A DNA stretch of 64,000 bases from an uncultured Rickettsiales bacterium (GTDB lineage Bacteria; Pseudomonadota; Alphaproteobacteria; Rickettsiales; SXRF01): the NCBI GenBank assembly GCA_964645205.1, contig CAZYBO010000005.1, positions 69,789 to 133,788 of the forward strand. The letters run 5' to 3'. Below, one piece after another: positions 1 to 10,215 of this stretch; positions within the stretch are counted from its first letter, which is position 1; each line of letters starts with the position of its first letter. The notes below the pieces were generated by a model. That model saw only the letters and a program-made list of their open reading frames with translations. It had not been told where the DNA came from and searched no databases. The translations under genes were made by a program, and so were the position numbers.

Positions 1-2871
1 GACAGCAAGCTCGACGCTGCCAACCTTCAATGGATCAATAGCAACGTCGATAAATGGTTCGCAAACGGCAGCAAAGTCCGTGTGGGCAAAATCGACGACC
101 TTCCCCGCGTGACCGACGCCGCAGACAAAGCCGATATGGGCGCATTCATGGAATGGGCGGACGCGCAGAAAAAAGCCAGCGCCGAAACGGGTGCCACCAT
201 TGCATCTCTCGAAAAATCCGGCATGAAATCGAAAGAAATCATTCACGAACTGGAAGCGATTCAGAGCAGGGCTTCCGACGACGCTAAAATCGCCCTCGCT
301 GCAGGGATCGGCAAAGCCCACTGGGAAAAACCGCGCGCGCAAGTGCTTCCCGATGCGGACGCCGTACGCTCATGGGCGCTTGGCAGCAATATGCGCGATG
401 AAGACCTTCGCTGGGTGAATAATAACGTTGATAAATGGTTCGCCGAAGGCAAACAGGTGCGTGTCAACGGCGCGAACGACATTATCCCGCAGGTAGCCGA
501 TGCCTCCGGCAAGCCCGATATTGGCGTTTACAATGAATGGGTGAAAGTGCAGAGCAAAGGGCAGGAACGCGAGCTTTCGCTCAGTGAAGCCAAGCACGCC
601 ATCGCCGCCGCGCTCACCTTGCAGGAAACCGCCAATACGTTGCAAGAACGCCCGAAAGCAATGACCGCAGAACAGTGGGACGCGATTAAAACCACTGACA
701 CCAACGCGCTGAAAACCACCTCCGCGCAGCTCGACAAACTCTATGCCGATGGCAAGCGCATCGCGCTCAATGCCGATGGCTCGCTCGATCTGGGCGGCGC
801 ACGCGAATGGGAAAAAGCGCATGTGCTGAAAGATTCAAAAGACGCACAGCAATGGATCGCGGACAAAGCGCAGAACGGCACCGAATCCCAGAAACTCGCA
901 TGGAAAACGCTGGCGGGCTATCCCGGCATCGTGCGCGACCATTATGACGACGGCAACAAACTCACCCTCAATTCCAGCGGCCAGCTCGACGCCTCTGGCC
1001 TCGTGAAATGGGCTGCGGGCAAAGACGCCAACACGCGCAAATCCGTCAACGCCACGCTCGCACCGTTGCAGAAGGAAGGACTTGTTACGCTGACCGACGA
1101 CAAGCTCCCCGTCGCAACCACCGCAGCGGGCATTACCGTCGCGATGGGCACGGCTACCGTCGGCGGCAAGCAATATAACGTAACGTTCGGCGGCACGTCG
1201 AACGGCAAAGAAGCCACCATCACCAGCGTCACCATGAGCGACGACGCAGGCAAGCCCGTCGCAGGCGCGGATGGCAAGGCGATCGACATCGGCTCTTCGC
1301 TCGGCAAAAATAACAGCTTCAAAATCCAAAACGGCGCGCTGGTATACCCGGTCGCACCCGGCCTTGCTACCGTAGCCGAAGATATGCAGGTAGCCGCTGC
1401 CGGTATTCTGGGCAAGCAGAAGCAATCGCTGGACGCTGCAAGGCTCGCCGCCGAGAAAGCCGCAGCGGAAAAAGCCGCCGCCGAAAAGACGGCTGCCGCA
1501 AAAGCAGCGGGAGCGCTGGTGTTCCATCCGGGTGAGTTAAGCAAGGACGACGCGAAACGCTTCATCGCGGAAAAAATCGCCACGGAAAAAGATGCGAAAT
1601 TCCAGAACGCCTGGAAAACCGTCGACAGCCACCTCGATAAAATCTATCCCGACACGAAGCTGTCGCTGGATAAAGACCTGAAAATAAACCTGACCGGCAT
1701 GTCCGACAAACAGCCGGAAGCGATCAAGAAGGAACTCGACATCGCGGGCAACACGCTGGCTGAAGGCGGCCGCGCGCAGCTCACGCTGAAAACCGGCCAC
1801 ACCCCGACCCCGGGCGCAGTTGCTGAACCGTCGAAGAAGAAAGGCAATTTCTTTGAAGACAATAAAATGGGCATACTGGGCTTCCTCGGCGCTGCCGTGG
1901 TCGGCATGATGTTCGGCGGCAACATGATCGGCGCACTTATCTTCGGCGCTATCGCCTTCATGGTGCTCGGCTCGATGAAAGACCCCAACGGCACGCCCGC
2001 CAGCTTCTTCAGCAAGTTCAAAGACCCGAAAGCGCAAGGCCTCGGTCAGTCGCAAAGCGTCGGCACCGGCAGCGTGAAAGACAGTGAGAAATCCATCAAC
2101 GTGTCGGTGAAAGACATCGAACACGTAGCCGCCCCCACCGCCCTGGGTAAGCAAACCAAATACACTCTCACCGAGGGGGAACTCAAAGGTGCGATCATCG
2201 CCGGTGAAAAAACGGAAGACGGTATGTTCAAAGTCACTTCCATCACCCCGGCGGGCGCAGATCCGAAGCAGCCCGCGCCGCCGCTGGCCACGCCGATCTT
2301 CGTCGCCATCGTCAATAACGAGATGGATTTCAACAAGGCCGATGAGCTGGTGAAAGCCGCCAAACCTGTCACGCCGCCGCCGACAACGTCCGTAACTCCC
2401 TCGCGTGACTTGCCGGTTGTCGAGCATGTCACCGCAATCGCCGGCGAAGTGAATGTCGAGGGAAAAACCTACACCGCCACGCTGCACGGTTCCGCAGTCG
2501 GCAGTAAGGCCACCATGGATACGATAGAGCTGAGAGCCAACGACGGCACGGTGATCGAGCAGAAACTCCAGCAATCCATTACGGGGAAACTCGACGGCAC
2601 GAATGTCACGCTCGCAGGCGATGCCGTCAAGCAAGTGGAAACGATAGCGCCCGTCGTTGTCGCGGTGAACACGCAGATGCAGCAACTTACGAACCCGCTG
2701 GGCATTACCGTGGATCAGTCCTATGGCACGCCTGTGCAACCGATGACGCCCGCCCTGCAAGGCGCACTCGCGCAGGCTAACACGGATGCACGTCCGATGG
2801 GCGGCACTGCCGGCTCGCTGCCGACCAGGCAGCAGCAGGCGGGCGTGACCCTCACGCCGGGTGGTACTTAA
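1..2871 (+). CDS. Large repetitive membrane-anchored protein, 5'-partial (putative surface or effector protein)
   Basis: Frame is open from base 1 ([28 protein letters not shown]...). It has degenerate N-terminal repeats (W..N.DKW/LFA.GK.V), an AAEK linker and a Gly-rich hydrophobic hairpin ([37 protein letters not shown]). Confidence 0.75.
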   Translation, partial: DSKLDAANLQWINSNVDKWFANGSKVRVGKIDDLPRVTDAADKADMGAFMEWADAQKKASAETGATIASLEKSGMKSKEIIHELEAIQSRASDDAKIALAAGIGKAHWEKPRAQVLPDADAVRSWALGSNMRDEDLRWVNNNVDKWFAEGKQVRVNGANDIIPQVADASGKPDIGVYNEWVKVQSKGQERELSLSEAKHAIAAALTLQETANTLQERPKAMTAEQWDAIKTTDTNALKTTSAQLDKLYADGKRIALNADGSLDLGGAREWEKAHVLKDSKDAQQWIADKAQNGTESQKLAWKTLAGYPGIVRDHYDDGNKLTLNSSGQLDASGLVKWAAGKDANTRKSVNATLAPLQKEGLVTLTDDKLPVATTAAGITVAMGTATVGGKQYNVTFGGTSNGKEATITSVTMSDDAGKPVAGADGKAIDIGSSLGKNNSFKIQNGALVYPVAPGLATVAEDMQVAAAGILGKQKQSLDAARLAAEKAAAEKAAAEKTAAAKAAGALVFHPGELSKDDAKRFIAEKIATEKDAKFQNAWKTVDSHLDKIYPDTKLSLDKDLKINLTGMSDKQPEAIKKELDIAGNTLAEGGRAQLTLKTGHTPTPGAVAEPSKKKGNFFEDNKMGILGFLGAAVVGMMFGGNMIGALIFGAIAFMVLGSMKDPNGTPASFFSKFKDPKAQGLGQSQSVGTGSVKDSEKSINVSVKDIEHVAAPTALGKQTKYTLTEGELKGAIIAGEKTEDGMFKVTSITPAGADPKQPAPPLATPIFVAIVNNEMDFNKADELVKAAKPVTPPPTTSVTPSRDLPVVEHVTAIAGEVNVEGKTYTATLHGSAVGSKATMDTIELRANDGTVIEQKLQQSITGKLDGTNVTLAGDAVKQVETIAPVVVAVNTQMQQLTNPLGITVDQSYGTPVQPMTPALQGALAQANTDARPMGGTAGSLPTRQQQAGVTLTPGGT

Positions 2872-4832
2872 GCCTTACGTCCCTTCACCAGCTCCTGCAC
2901 GATTTCCGGATTCGTCAGCGTCGACGTATCGCCTAAATTCGACACGTCGCCCTCCGCGATTTTGCGCAATATGCGGCGCATGATTTTTCCCGAGCGCGTC
3001 TTGGGAAGTTGCGGCGTGAAATGGATACGGTCGGGCGCGGCGATGGGGCCGATCTGCTTGCGTACCCATTGCACCAGCTCGCTCGCAATCGCGTCGCTTG
3101 GCGCAGTGCCTGCCGCCAGCGTTACATAGCAATAAATCCCCTGCCCCTTGATGTCATGCGGGAAGCCGACCACCGCTGCTTCCGTCACATGCGCATGCCC
3201 TACCAACGCGCTTTCCACTTCCGCCGTGCCAAGCCGGTGGCCGGAGACGTTCAGCACGTCGTCGATGCGCCCGGTGATCCAGTAATACCCATCGGCATCG
3301 CGCCGCGCGCCGTCGCCGGTGAAATACTTGCCGGGGAATTGCAAAAAATACGTTTGCTCAAAACGCGCATGGTCGCCATACACGCTGCGCATCTGCCCCG
3401 GCCATGAATCGGCGATGCATAACATCCCTTCGCACGCGCCCTGCAATTCCTTGCCCGCCGCATCCACGATCACCGGCTTCACGCCGAAAAACGGCACGGT
3501 GGCGGAGCCGGGCTTGAGCGCGGTAGCGCCGGGGAACGGCGCGATCATGTTGCCGCCGGTTTCCGTCTGCCACCATGTATCCACGATCGGGCAACGCTCC
3601 TGCCCCACCACGCGCCAGTACCACAGCCACGCTTCCGGGTTGATCGGCTCGCCCACGCTGCCGATGAGCCGCAGGGTTTTGCGCGAGGTGCAATTCACGA
3701 ATGCGTCGCCTTCGCGCATGATGGCGCGGATGGCGGTGGGCGCAGTGTGGAAAATCGTGACCTTGTGCTTGTCGATCACCTGCCAGAAGCGCGACCAGTC
3801 GGGATAGTTGGGCACGCCTTCGTACATCACCGTCGTCGCGCCGTTGAGCAGCGGGCCGTAGACGATATAAGTATGGCCGGTGACCCAGCCGACATCGGCG
3901 GTGCACCAGTAGATGTCGCCCCCGGCCTTCGCCGGGGCAGACTCCCCCTCCGGGGGATGGTAATCGAACGTGTATTTATGCGTCACGCCCGCCCACACCA
4001 TATAGCCGCCGGTGGTATGCAGCACGCCCTTAGGCTTGCCGGTGGAGCCGGAAGTGTAGAGAATGAAAAGCGGGTCTTCGGCGTCTTGCGATACGGGGAT
4101 ATGCGCAGCATCGGCTTTTGCCATCTCATCATGGAACCACACATCGCGTGTGTTCCATGCGATGTTGCCGCCCGTGCGCTTCACTACGATCACACGCTCT
4201 ACGCAATCGAGTTTTGCAATCGCCTCATCGACATTTTTTTTCAGCGGCACATTCTTGCCGCCGCGCAAACCTTCATCGGCGGTAATCACCAACTTGCTGT
4301 TGCAATCTTCGATGCGCCCTTTCAAGGCATCGGCGGAAAACCCACCGAACACCACGGAATGGATCGCACCAATGCGCGCACATGCAAGCATCGCCACCGC
4401 CGCTTCGGGGATCATCGGCAGGTAGATGGTGACGCGGTCGCTTTTGGCCACGCCATGGCTTTGCAGCACGTTGGCGAGCCGACAGACTTGCGCATGTAAT
4501 TCACGGTAAGTAATCGTCTGCGATTCGTTGGGATTGTCGCCTTCCCAGATAATCGCCGCCTGGTCGCCACGTGTTTTCAAATGACGGTCGAGGCAATTTT
4601 CCGTAATATTGGTTTTCGCGCCCGCGAACCATTTCACCGACACCGGCGAGGTGAATTGCGTGTCCTTCACCTTGTCCCACTTCTTGTGCCACACAAATGG
4701 CTCCGCCTGCTTCGCCCAGAACACGTCCGGCTGCGCGAGCGATTCGCGGTGCATGGAAGCATATTTTTCCGCCGTGATATAGGCGCGATCCGCCCATGCC
4801 TTGGATACGGGAATGACAGTTTCCTGTGACAT
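2868..4832 (-). CDS. acs: Acetyl-CoA synthetase
   Basis: [14 protein letters not shown]-binding motif, [10 protein letters not shown], and [11 protein letters not shown] with the acetylated Lys. Confidence 0.97.
   Translation of the reverse strand: MSQETVIPVSKAWADRAYITAEKYASMHRESLAQPDVFWAKQAEPFVWHKKWDKVKDTQFTSPVSVKWFAGAKTNITENCLDRHLKTRGDQAAIIWEGDNPNESQTITYRELHAQVCRLANVLQSHGVAKSDRVTIYLPMIPEAAVAMLACARIGAIHSVVFGGFSADALKGRIEDCNSKLVITADEGLRGGKNVPLKKNVDEAIAKLDCVERVIVVKRTGGNIAWNTRDVWFHDEMAKADAAHIPVSQDAEDPLFILYTSGSTGKPKGVLHTTGGYMVWAGVTHKYTFDYHPPEGESAPAKAGGDIYWCTADVGWVTGHTYIVYGPLLNGATTVMYEGVPNYPDWSRFWQVIDKHKVTIFHTAPTAIRAIMREGDAFVNCTSRKTLRLIGSVGEPINPEAWLWYWRVVGQERCPIVDTWWQTETGGNMIAPFPGATALKPGSATVPFFGVKPVIVDAAGKELQGACEGMLCIADSWPGQMRSVYGDHARFEQTYFLQFPGKYFTGDGARRDADGYYWITGRIDDVLNVSGHRLGTAEVESALVGHAHVTEAAVVGFPHDIKGQGIYCYVTLAAGTAPSDAIASELVQWVRKQIGPIAAPDRIHFTPQLPKTRSGKIMRRILRKIAEGDVSNLGDTSTLTNPEIVQELVKGRKA
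3920..3957. repeat. Double GC-rich hairpin translated in frame within acs
   Basis: CCCCGGC-CTTC-GCCGGGG (3920-3937) and TCCCCC-TCC-GGGGGA (3943-3957). They encode an extra segment, [12 protein letters not shown], between FDYH and GDIYW. Confidence 0.6.
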
Positions 4833-4836
4833 AACG

Positions 4837-5127
4837 CTACTCCCCTTCGCCGAATTTTCCTTCGACCAGTTCCACCAGCGCCTGCAACACTTTATCCGCG
4901 TGGTTGCCGCTGGCCAGAATCTGCAATACCGAGCCTTTATCCGCCCCGAGCATCATCAGCCCTAAGATAGATCCGCCCTGCACTTGCGGCGAATCCAGCT
5001 CCGGCGGCACGCCACGCTTCACTACCAGCACGTCCGCATCGAACGATGTGACGGTCTTGACGAATTTCGCCGCTGCGCGCGCGTGCAGGCCTTTTTTATT
5101 GACGATGGTAACGTCCGCGCCCGCCAT
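4837..5127 (-). CDS. ptsH: HPr/NPr phosphocarrier protein
   Basis: [14 protein letters not shown] (phospho-His) and [10 protein letters not shown] (regulatory Ser). Lies in the PTS-Ntr cluster. Confidence 0.93.
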   Translation of the reverse strand: MAGADVTIVNKKGLHARAAAKFVKTVTSFDADVLVVKRGVPPELDSPQVQGGSILGLMMLGADKGSVLQILASGNHADKVLQALVELVEGKFGEGE

Positions 5128-5519
5128 TACAGGAAATTGCCCGCGACGTTGATATATTTGCGGGCGGCGTCCTGCGCCTGCGCGACCGCATCGGCGAGTT
5201 TGACGTTACCGCGCACGCTGGCGAGCTTAATCATCATCGGCAAATTCACGCCCGCGATGACCTCCACATCGTCCTGCTTCATCGCGGAAATGGCGAGGTT
5301 TGAAGGCGTACCGCCGAATAGGTCGGTGAGGATGACCACACCCTTGCCGCTGCTTACGTCCTTGATCGCCTTGAGAATGCGGCCACGCGCTTTTTCGGCG
5401 TCTTCATCCGGTTCGATGCCGATAGCGGCGATCTGCGCTTGCTTGCCCACCACATGCTCCGTCACGGCGACGAAGGCTTCCGCCAGCTTGCCGTGCGTTA
5501 CTACTACGATCCCAATCAT
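5127..5519 (-). CDS. PTS EIIA component, mannose/fructose family (ManX-like)
   Basis: MIGIVVVTHG, LTDLFGGTPSN, GVNLPM. Confidence 0.92.
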   Translation of the reverse strand: MIGIVVVTHGKLAEAFVAVTEHVVGKQAQIAAIGIEPDEDAEKARGRILKAIKDVSSGKGVVILTDLFGGTPSNLAISAMKQDDVEVIAGVNLPMMIKLASVRGNVKLADAVAQAQDAARKYINVAGNFL

Positions 5520-6367
5520 ACTGCCTCGCTTGTTTTTAAATCCCTGTGACGTAGTGTCACGTTGTAGCCGTTTTCCTGTAAAAATGCGCTGAATTTCTGC
5601 GCCGTGTAGACCGAGCGGTGCTGCCCGCCGGTGCAGCCGAACGCGATGGTGAAATAGCTCTTTCCCTCTTCGAGATAACGCGGCAACAGCGGCAGCACCA
5701 GTGCGGTCAATCGCGAGAAGAATGCGGGAAAATCACGGTCGGATTCCACGTATTTGCCTACTTCGGCATCGAGGCCGGTTTTGGCGCTTAGATGCTCCTC
5801 GTAATACGGGTTTTTCAGGAAGCGTACGTCGAACACCATATCCGCCTCGCGCGGCACGCCGTGCTTGAATGAGAACGAGGTGATGCCCACCGCGAGCGTG
5901 TGGCCTTCGCGCGCGAAATGCGTGGAGATCACGCCCCGCAGGTCTATCGCCTCGAAATCGCTGGTGTCGATCACCACATTGGCAAGGTCGCGTAACCCTT
6001 CTATCAGCGCGCGCTCATGCCGGATGCCGTCGAGCACCGGCCTGTCCACCGCCAGTGGATGACGGCGGCGCGTGGTAGTGAAGCGGCGGCGCAACTCCTC
6101 GTCCTCACAGTCTAGGAACAGGATACGCAAATCGATAGCAGGATTTTTTTTCAGGGATTCGATGATTTCGGTGAAATGCTGGGGAGAAAAATCGCGGCTG
6201 CGTATGTCCACCCCGAGCGCCACGTGGCGTGCGCCGATATTGGCCGCCAGCGCGGGCACCAGCCCCAGCGGGATATTGTCGATCGCCTCGAAGCCGAAAT
6301 CCTCAAGCGTTTTGAGCGCAACCGCCTTGCCGGAACCGGACATGCCAGTGACGAGAACGAGTTTCAT
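5516..6367 (-). CDS. rapZ: RNase adapter RapZ (P-loop protein)
   Basis: MKLVLVTGMSGSGKAVAL (start reset to 6367), DVRFLKNPYY, GCTGGQHRSV. Confidence 0.93.
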   Translation of the reverse strand: MKLVLVTGMSGSGKAVALKTLEDFGFEAIDNIPLGLVPALAANIGARHVALGVDIRSRDFSPQHFTEIIESLKKNPAIDLRILFLDCEDEELRRRFTTTRRRHPLAVDRPVLDGIRHERALIEGLRDLANVVIDTSDFEAIDLRGVISTHFAREGHTLAVGITSFSFKHGVPREADMVFDVRFLKNPYYEEHLSAKTGLDAEVGKYVESDRDFPAFFSRLTALVLPLLPRYLEEGKSYFTIAFGCTGGQHRSVYTAQKFSAFLQENGYNVTLRHRDLKTSEAV

Positions 6368-6372
6368 GATGA

Positions 6373-6792
6373 CTACGATGCCTGAAGAAACATTCTGATT
6401 TTTGCACACGCGGACACATCGAATGCGCACAGCGAGTGTAGCCTCAGTCGCACGCCAAGGCAATGGAAGAACTCAGGCTCCGGCAGCCGCTCCACTGCGC
6501 CGCGTTCCACAAGCGCCACTGCGAGCGCGAGCGGTACATGCCCGGCAAACGGCAGCGTCACAATGCCAAGCCCCCGCACCTCCAGCTTGCCACGCAAGGC
6601 TTCCGGCGCAGAGGCAAATAAGGTTGCATCCGATACGGTAATATCCACGAAATCGTCGGCCACGAGTTGCGCGCCGCTATCGATGAGCCGAAGCGCAAGG
6701 TCGGATTTTCCGCTTCCCGGCTTGCCTGTGAGCAACACCCCCTTGCCGTCGATAGCGACGCAGGTGGCGTGCATGCTATCCGTTATCGTCAT
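6373..6792 (-). CDS. hprK: HPr kinase/phosphorylase, short alphaproteobacterial type
   Basis: HATCVAIDGKGVLLTGKPGSGKSDLALRL, LVADD, LEVRGLGI. Start reset to ATG 6792. Confidence 0.9.
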   Translation of the reverse strand: MTITDSMHATCVAIDGKGVLLTGKPGSGKSDLALRLIDSGAQLVADDFVDITVSDATLFASAPEALRGKLEVRGLGIVTLPFAGHVPLALAVALVERGAVERLPEPEFFHCLGVRLRLHSLCAFDVSACAKIRMFLQAS

Positions 6793-7240
6793 CGCCCTGT
6801 GCGACCAGCAGGTCGCGGAGGGCTTCCGCGCCGCTGGCGGCACGCAGGTTCTTGCATAATGTTTTATCGCGCGCCAACTTCGAGATGGTCGCCAGCGCCT
6901 TGATATGTTCCGTATTCGCCGATACCGGCGTAAGCAGCAGGAATACCAGATCAACCGGCCGGCCGTCCGCCGAGCCGAAATCGATGGGTTTTTCCAGCCG
7001 CGCGAAAACCACACAGAGCTTCTCCATATCCGCGAAACGCCCGTGGGGAATGCACACGCCGTTGCCCATGCCGGTGCAACCGACATGCTCACGCTCGGCC
7101 AGCACTGCATAAATTTCGCGTTCGGAAAGGTCGGACAACTCCGAGGCATGCGCGGCCAGCATTTTCAGCGCTTGTTTCTTGTCACGGGCGGGAAGCCCCG
7201 GAAGCACCGCTTCAATCGGAAACAGGGATGCGGGATGCAT
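6776..7240 (-). CDS. ptsN: PTS EIIA-Ntr
   Basis: EREHVGCTGMGNGVCIPHGR, DGRPVDLVFLLL. Directly downstream of hpf. Confidence 0.92.
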   Translation of the reverse strand: MHPASLFPIEAVLPGLPARDKKQALKMLAAHASELSDLSEREIYAVLAEREHVGCTGMGNGVCIPHGRFADMEKLCVVFARLEKPIDFGSADGRPVDLVFLLLTPVSANTEHIKALATISKLARDKTLCKNLRAASGAEALRDLLVAQGDDDNG

Positions 7241-7256
7241 ACTAAAAACCGAGCTG

Positions 7257-7841
7257 TTACGCAGCCTTGCCTTCGGGGTCTACCCAGGAGATATTGCCGT
7301 CCGCGCGGCGGTAAACCACGTTCAGCCCGCCATGCGCCGAGTTGAAGAACATCAGCGCGGGCAGATCCTGCAGATCCATTTTCATCACCGCTTCGCTCAC
7401 AGTGATGGTTTCGATGTCGGTCGGCTTTTCGGCGATGATAACGCCGGTGTATTTGTTGCCTTCCTCTTCGCCCGCTTCCGGCGGCAGTACGTATTTCTTG
7501 CCTTTTACGCGCTTGGGTTCGGGCGTTGCGTCGGCCGCTTTGTGATGGTTGGTGATCTTGCGCTTGTAGCGGCGAAGCTGCTTGGCGACTTTCTCCAGCG
7601 CCTCGTCAAACGCGGCGTATACGTCAGGCGATTCGCCGCGGCTGCGCACCACCAGCCCGGCATGCGTGCCGAGATTGCCGGTGATGTCCACGCGGAACAG
7701 GTGCGCCTCGCGGGAAACGACCGTCTGGATGCTGGTCACGCGGTCGATGTATTTATTGACATGCTCCTCAAGCTGAGCGCCGATATGGGTACGCAGCGAT
7801 TCACCAACTTCTACGCCTTTACCGGAAACCTGAATTTGCAT
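7257..7841 (-). CDS. hpf: Ribosome hibernation promoting factor (long HPF)
   Basis: MQIQVSGKGVEVGESLR, KQLRRYKRKI, C-terminal YRRADGNISWVDP. Confidence 0.95.
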   Translation of the reverse strand: MQIQVSGKGVEVGESLRTHIGAQLEEHVNKYIDRVTSIQTVVSREAHLFRVDITGNLGTHAGLVVRSRGESPDVYAAFDEALEKVAKQLRRYKRKITNHHKAADATPEPKRVKGKKYVLPPEAGEEEGNKYTGVIIAEKPTDIETITVSEAVMKMDLQDLPALMFFNSAHGGLNVVYRRADGNISWVDPEGKAA

Positions 7842-7945
7842 GATATGCCTGCTTTTGTAGTTGCTAAAATGTTAGGAAGGAGGCGGAGAATAATCCTTTG
7901 CCCGTGTCGCGTCAATGCCTGAATAAGGCAATGAAATACAAGCCA

Positions 7946-9091
7946 TTACATCGTGATGTTTTTGGGAATTTTAATGCCGAGCGCTTTAGCGAGCCGGTCT
8001 AAGTCGCCGTAATAGGCCACGCGGCGCAGGCATTTGGGAATAATCCCCGTCCATTGATAATGGCCTTTTACTTTGCCGTCATCGCCGTCGCCTTCGGCTA
8101 CGAACTTAAACAACTCGTTCATCGAAATCACGTCGCCTTCCATGCCCACGATTTCCGAGATGTGGGCGATACGGCGCACGCCGTCGCGCATGCGGCTGAT
8201 CTGCACGGCAAGATGCACCGCCGAGACGATCTGCGAACGCAGCGCACGCGTGGGAATATTCACATTGGCCATACACAGCATGTTCTCCAAACGCGACAGC
8301 GCGTCGCGCGGATGGTTGGCGTGGATGGTCGTCAGCGATCCTTCATGGCCGGTGTTCATCGCCTGCATCATGTCGAACGCTTCGGCGCCGCGCACTTCGC
8401 CCACGATAATGCGGTCAGGACGCATACGCAGCGCGTTGCGCACGAGGTCGCGGATGTTCACTTCCTCGCCGGGGTTGTTGTGCAGGCTGAACGGCTTGGT
8501 TTCAAGTCGCACCACGTGCGGCTGCTGTAATTGCAATTCCGCCGCGTCCTCAATGGTCACGATACGTTCCCAGTCCTCGATATGGCGCGACATGGCGTTG
8601 AGCAGCGTGGTTTTGCCCGAGCCGGTGCCCCCGCATACGATGATGTTCATGCGGCAGCGGCTGACGATTTTAAGGAACTCGCAAATGGCAGGCGACATAT
8701 TGCCCTGCGTCGCCATATCTTCGAGCGATATTTTACGGCGTGAGAATTTGCGGATGGAAATCATGGTGCCGTCCACCGCCAGCGGCGGCGCGATGATGTT
8801 CACGCGGCTACCGTCGATAAGGCGCGCATCCACCAGCGGGCGGCTGCTGTCAAGCGTGCGACCCACGGCCTTCACGATGCATTCGGCCATCGCGAACAGC
8901 GCTTTTTCGTCGGGAAACGTAATCGGCGTTTTTTCCAGCTTGCCCGCGCGCTCGATGAAGATTTCGTTATGCCCGTTGATGAGGATGTCGTTCACCGTGT
9001 CGTCGTTGAGCAACGGCACGATAGGGCCAAGCCCGCTGATCGCATCCCAGCTTGTGGTCGCAAGTATTTCTTCGTTTGCGTCATATGCCAT
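7946..9091 (-). CDS. CpaF/TadA-family pilus assembly ATPase with short N-terminus
   Basis: GLGPIVPLL, Walker A GGTGSGKTT, TIEDAAEL, RMRPDRIIVGEVRG, MNTGHEGSLTTIHAN. An in-frame stop at 9116-9118 excludes a longer N-terminus. Confidence 0.9.
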   Translation of the reverse strand: MAYDANEEILATTSWDAISGLGPIVPLLNDDTVNDILINGHNEIFIERAGKLEKTPITFPDEKALFAMAECIVKAVGRTLDSSRPLVDARLIDGSRVNIIAPPLAVDGTMISIRKFSRRKISLEDMATQGNMSPAICEFLKIVSRCRMNIIVCGGTGSGKTTLLNAMSRHIEDWERIVTIEDAAELQLQQPHVVRLETKPFSLHNNPGEEVNIRDLVRNALRMRPDRIIVGEVRGAEAFDMMQAMNTGHEGSLTTIHANHPRDALSRLENMLCMANVNIPTRALRSQIVSAVHLAVQISRMRDGVRRIAHISEIVGMEGDVISMNELFKFVAEGDGDDGKVKGHYQWTGIIPKCLRRVAYYGDLDRLAKALGIKIPKNITM

Positions 9092-9115
9092 AACGCCAAG
9101 ATTACAGGGTGCGAC

Positions 9116-9130
9116 TTAATATTGAGTTAT
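9116..9130. promoter_or_regulatory. CtrA-like box (one mismatch) upstream of the CpaF gene
   Basis: TTAA-TATTGAG-TTAT compared with the consensus TTAA-N7-TTAA. Confidence 0.3.
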
Positions 9131-9280
9131 GAAGTGGTTAGGAATTGGTTTAGTTTCATGGCGAAAATAGCGCCTCGTAATCCGATTATTTATTATATTA
9201 CATTATGTTATAAAATCTCATCTGTAATAAAATCTTCATAAATCCATTCTTTAGAAACCGGAGGCCGGCACGTATACTCA

Positions 9281-9296
9281 GGCATCAATAATGCCA
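9281..9296. promoter_or_regulatory. Palindrome resembling a sigma54 -24/-12 element on both strands
   Basis: GGCATCAATAATGCCA has GG-N10-GC spacing on the + strand and on the - strand (TGGCATTATTGATGC). Confidence 0.3.
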
Positions 9297-9315
9297 CACT
9301 CTCCACGGGGCGCCC

Positions 9316-10212
9316 ATGACTGTCACAGCGAAACTACCCTTGACCGATTACCTTGTACATTTTGTAAACGAGGATAAGGATACCGTGCGCACGCCGACCA
9401 AGCTGAAACCGGACATGGTGCGCGCACTCAATGCTATCAGCAAGGAAATCAATGCTCTGGGCGATGCTATGGCCGTGGCAAGAACGCAGCTCAAAGAAGA
9501 TGAAACGATCGAAAAAACGCTTAATACCTACCGCCCCATCGTTCAGGGCAGGCTGAACGATGTAAAAGTGGCGCTGAAAACCAAATATAAACTCGGCGAG
9601 AAAGAGGCGCACATCGTCACCAGCCATATCGCGCACACCGCCGCCGACTATTATTTTGACGACATAGCCAATAAGCTACCCAAAGGAATCCTGGCGATAG
9701 TTCCTGCCGTATATAAAGATGCCCCTCTTGAGGAGCGGAAAAATTCCTTTAAAAGTCTGGTCCGCGATGAAAGCGTATTTCCGCTTTTGGTCGGCTTCGC
9801 AGCGGCGGCAGTCGTACTGTTTGCAGCCAAAGACAAGATATTCCCGGATGCAGCTTCCGCCGGAGCAAAGGCATTGGAAGCCGCGCACCCAGAATATTTT
9901 AACGAGATTAACCTAAAATGGGCCGAGCAGTTCAAAGGCGTGGATATTTCCAACCTCTCCGACATGCAGCAGCGCTTCGGCGGTACGATTTCCATTCCCA
10001 CACCTGATGACGTGCACCCCCGTAACGTGCAAACCATCACCACCCGCGAATTCGTGGAGCATGTCGCACCTGCGATGAATCTGCTGGAAGAAATCGGCAA
10101 GGGCACCACCAACATCGCCTCCCTGTTGCGCGAATCCGGCACGAAAAGCTGGATTCAAAATATCGAAACCAACCGGCTGGAAGCCGTCCCAAATACAGCT
10201 CCCGCGCGGTAA
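9316..10212 (+). CDS. Hypothetical protein with one hydrophobic segment
   Basis: 298-aa ORF with segment PLLVGFAAAAVVLFAA. Likely co-transcribed with the ankyrin gene (3-nt gap). Confidence 0.7.
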   Translation: MTVTAKLPLTDYLVHFVNEDKDTVRTPTKLKPDMVRALNAISKEINALGDAMAVARTQLKEDETIEKTLNTYRPIVQGRLNDVKVALKTKYKLGEKEAHIVTSHIAHTAADYYFDDIANKLPKGILAIVPAVYKDAPLEERKNSFKSLVRDESVFPLLVGFAAAAVVLFAAKDKIFPDAASAGAKALEAAHPEYFNEINLKWAEQFKGVDISNLSDMQQRFGGTISIPTPDDVHPRNVQTITTREFVEHVAPAMNLLEEIGKGTTNIASLLRESGTKSWIQNIETNRLEAVPNTAPAR

Positions 10213-10215
10213 GCC

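Noticed and set aside
4981-5020. Short extra segment (VPPELDS) in HPr as another palindromic insertion
   Set aside because: No inverted repeat is visible in the DNA.
5516-7149. ORF-track N-terminal extensions of rapZ and hprK (also mobA, vapC, pdhA, trpC)
   Set aside because: The extensions overlap upstream genes and lack family similarity, so starts were reset to the homologous Met.
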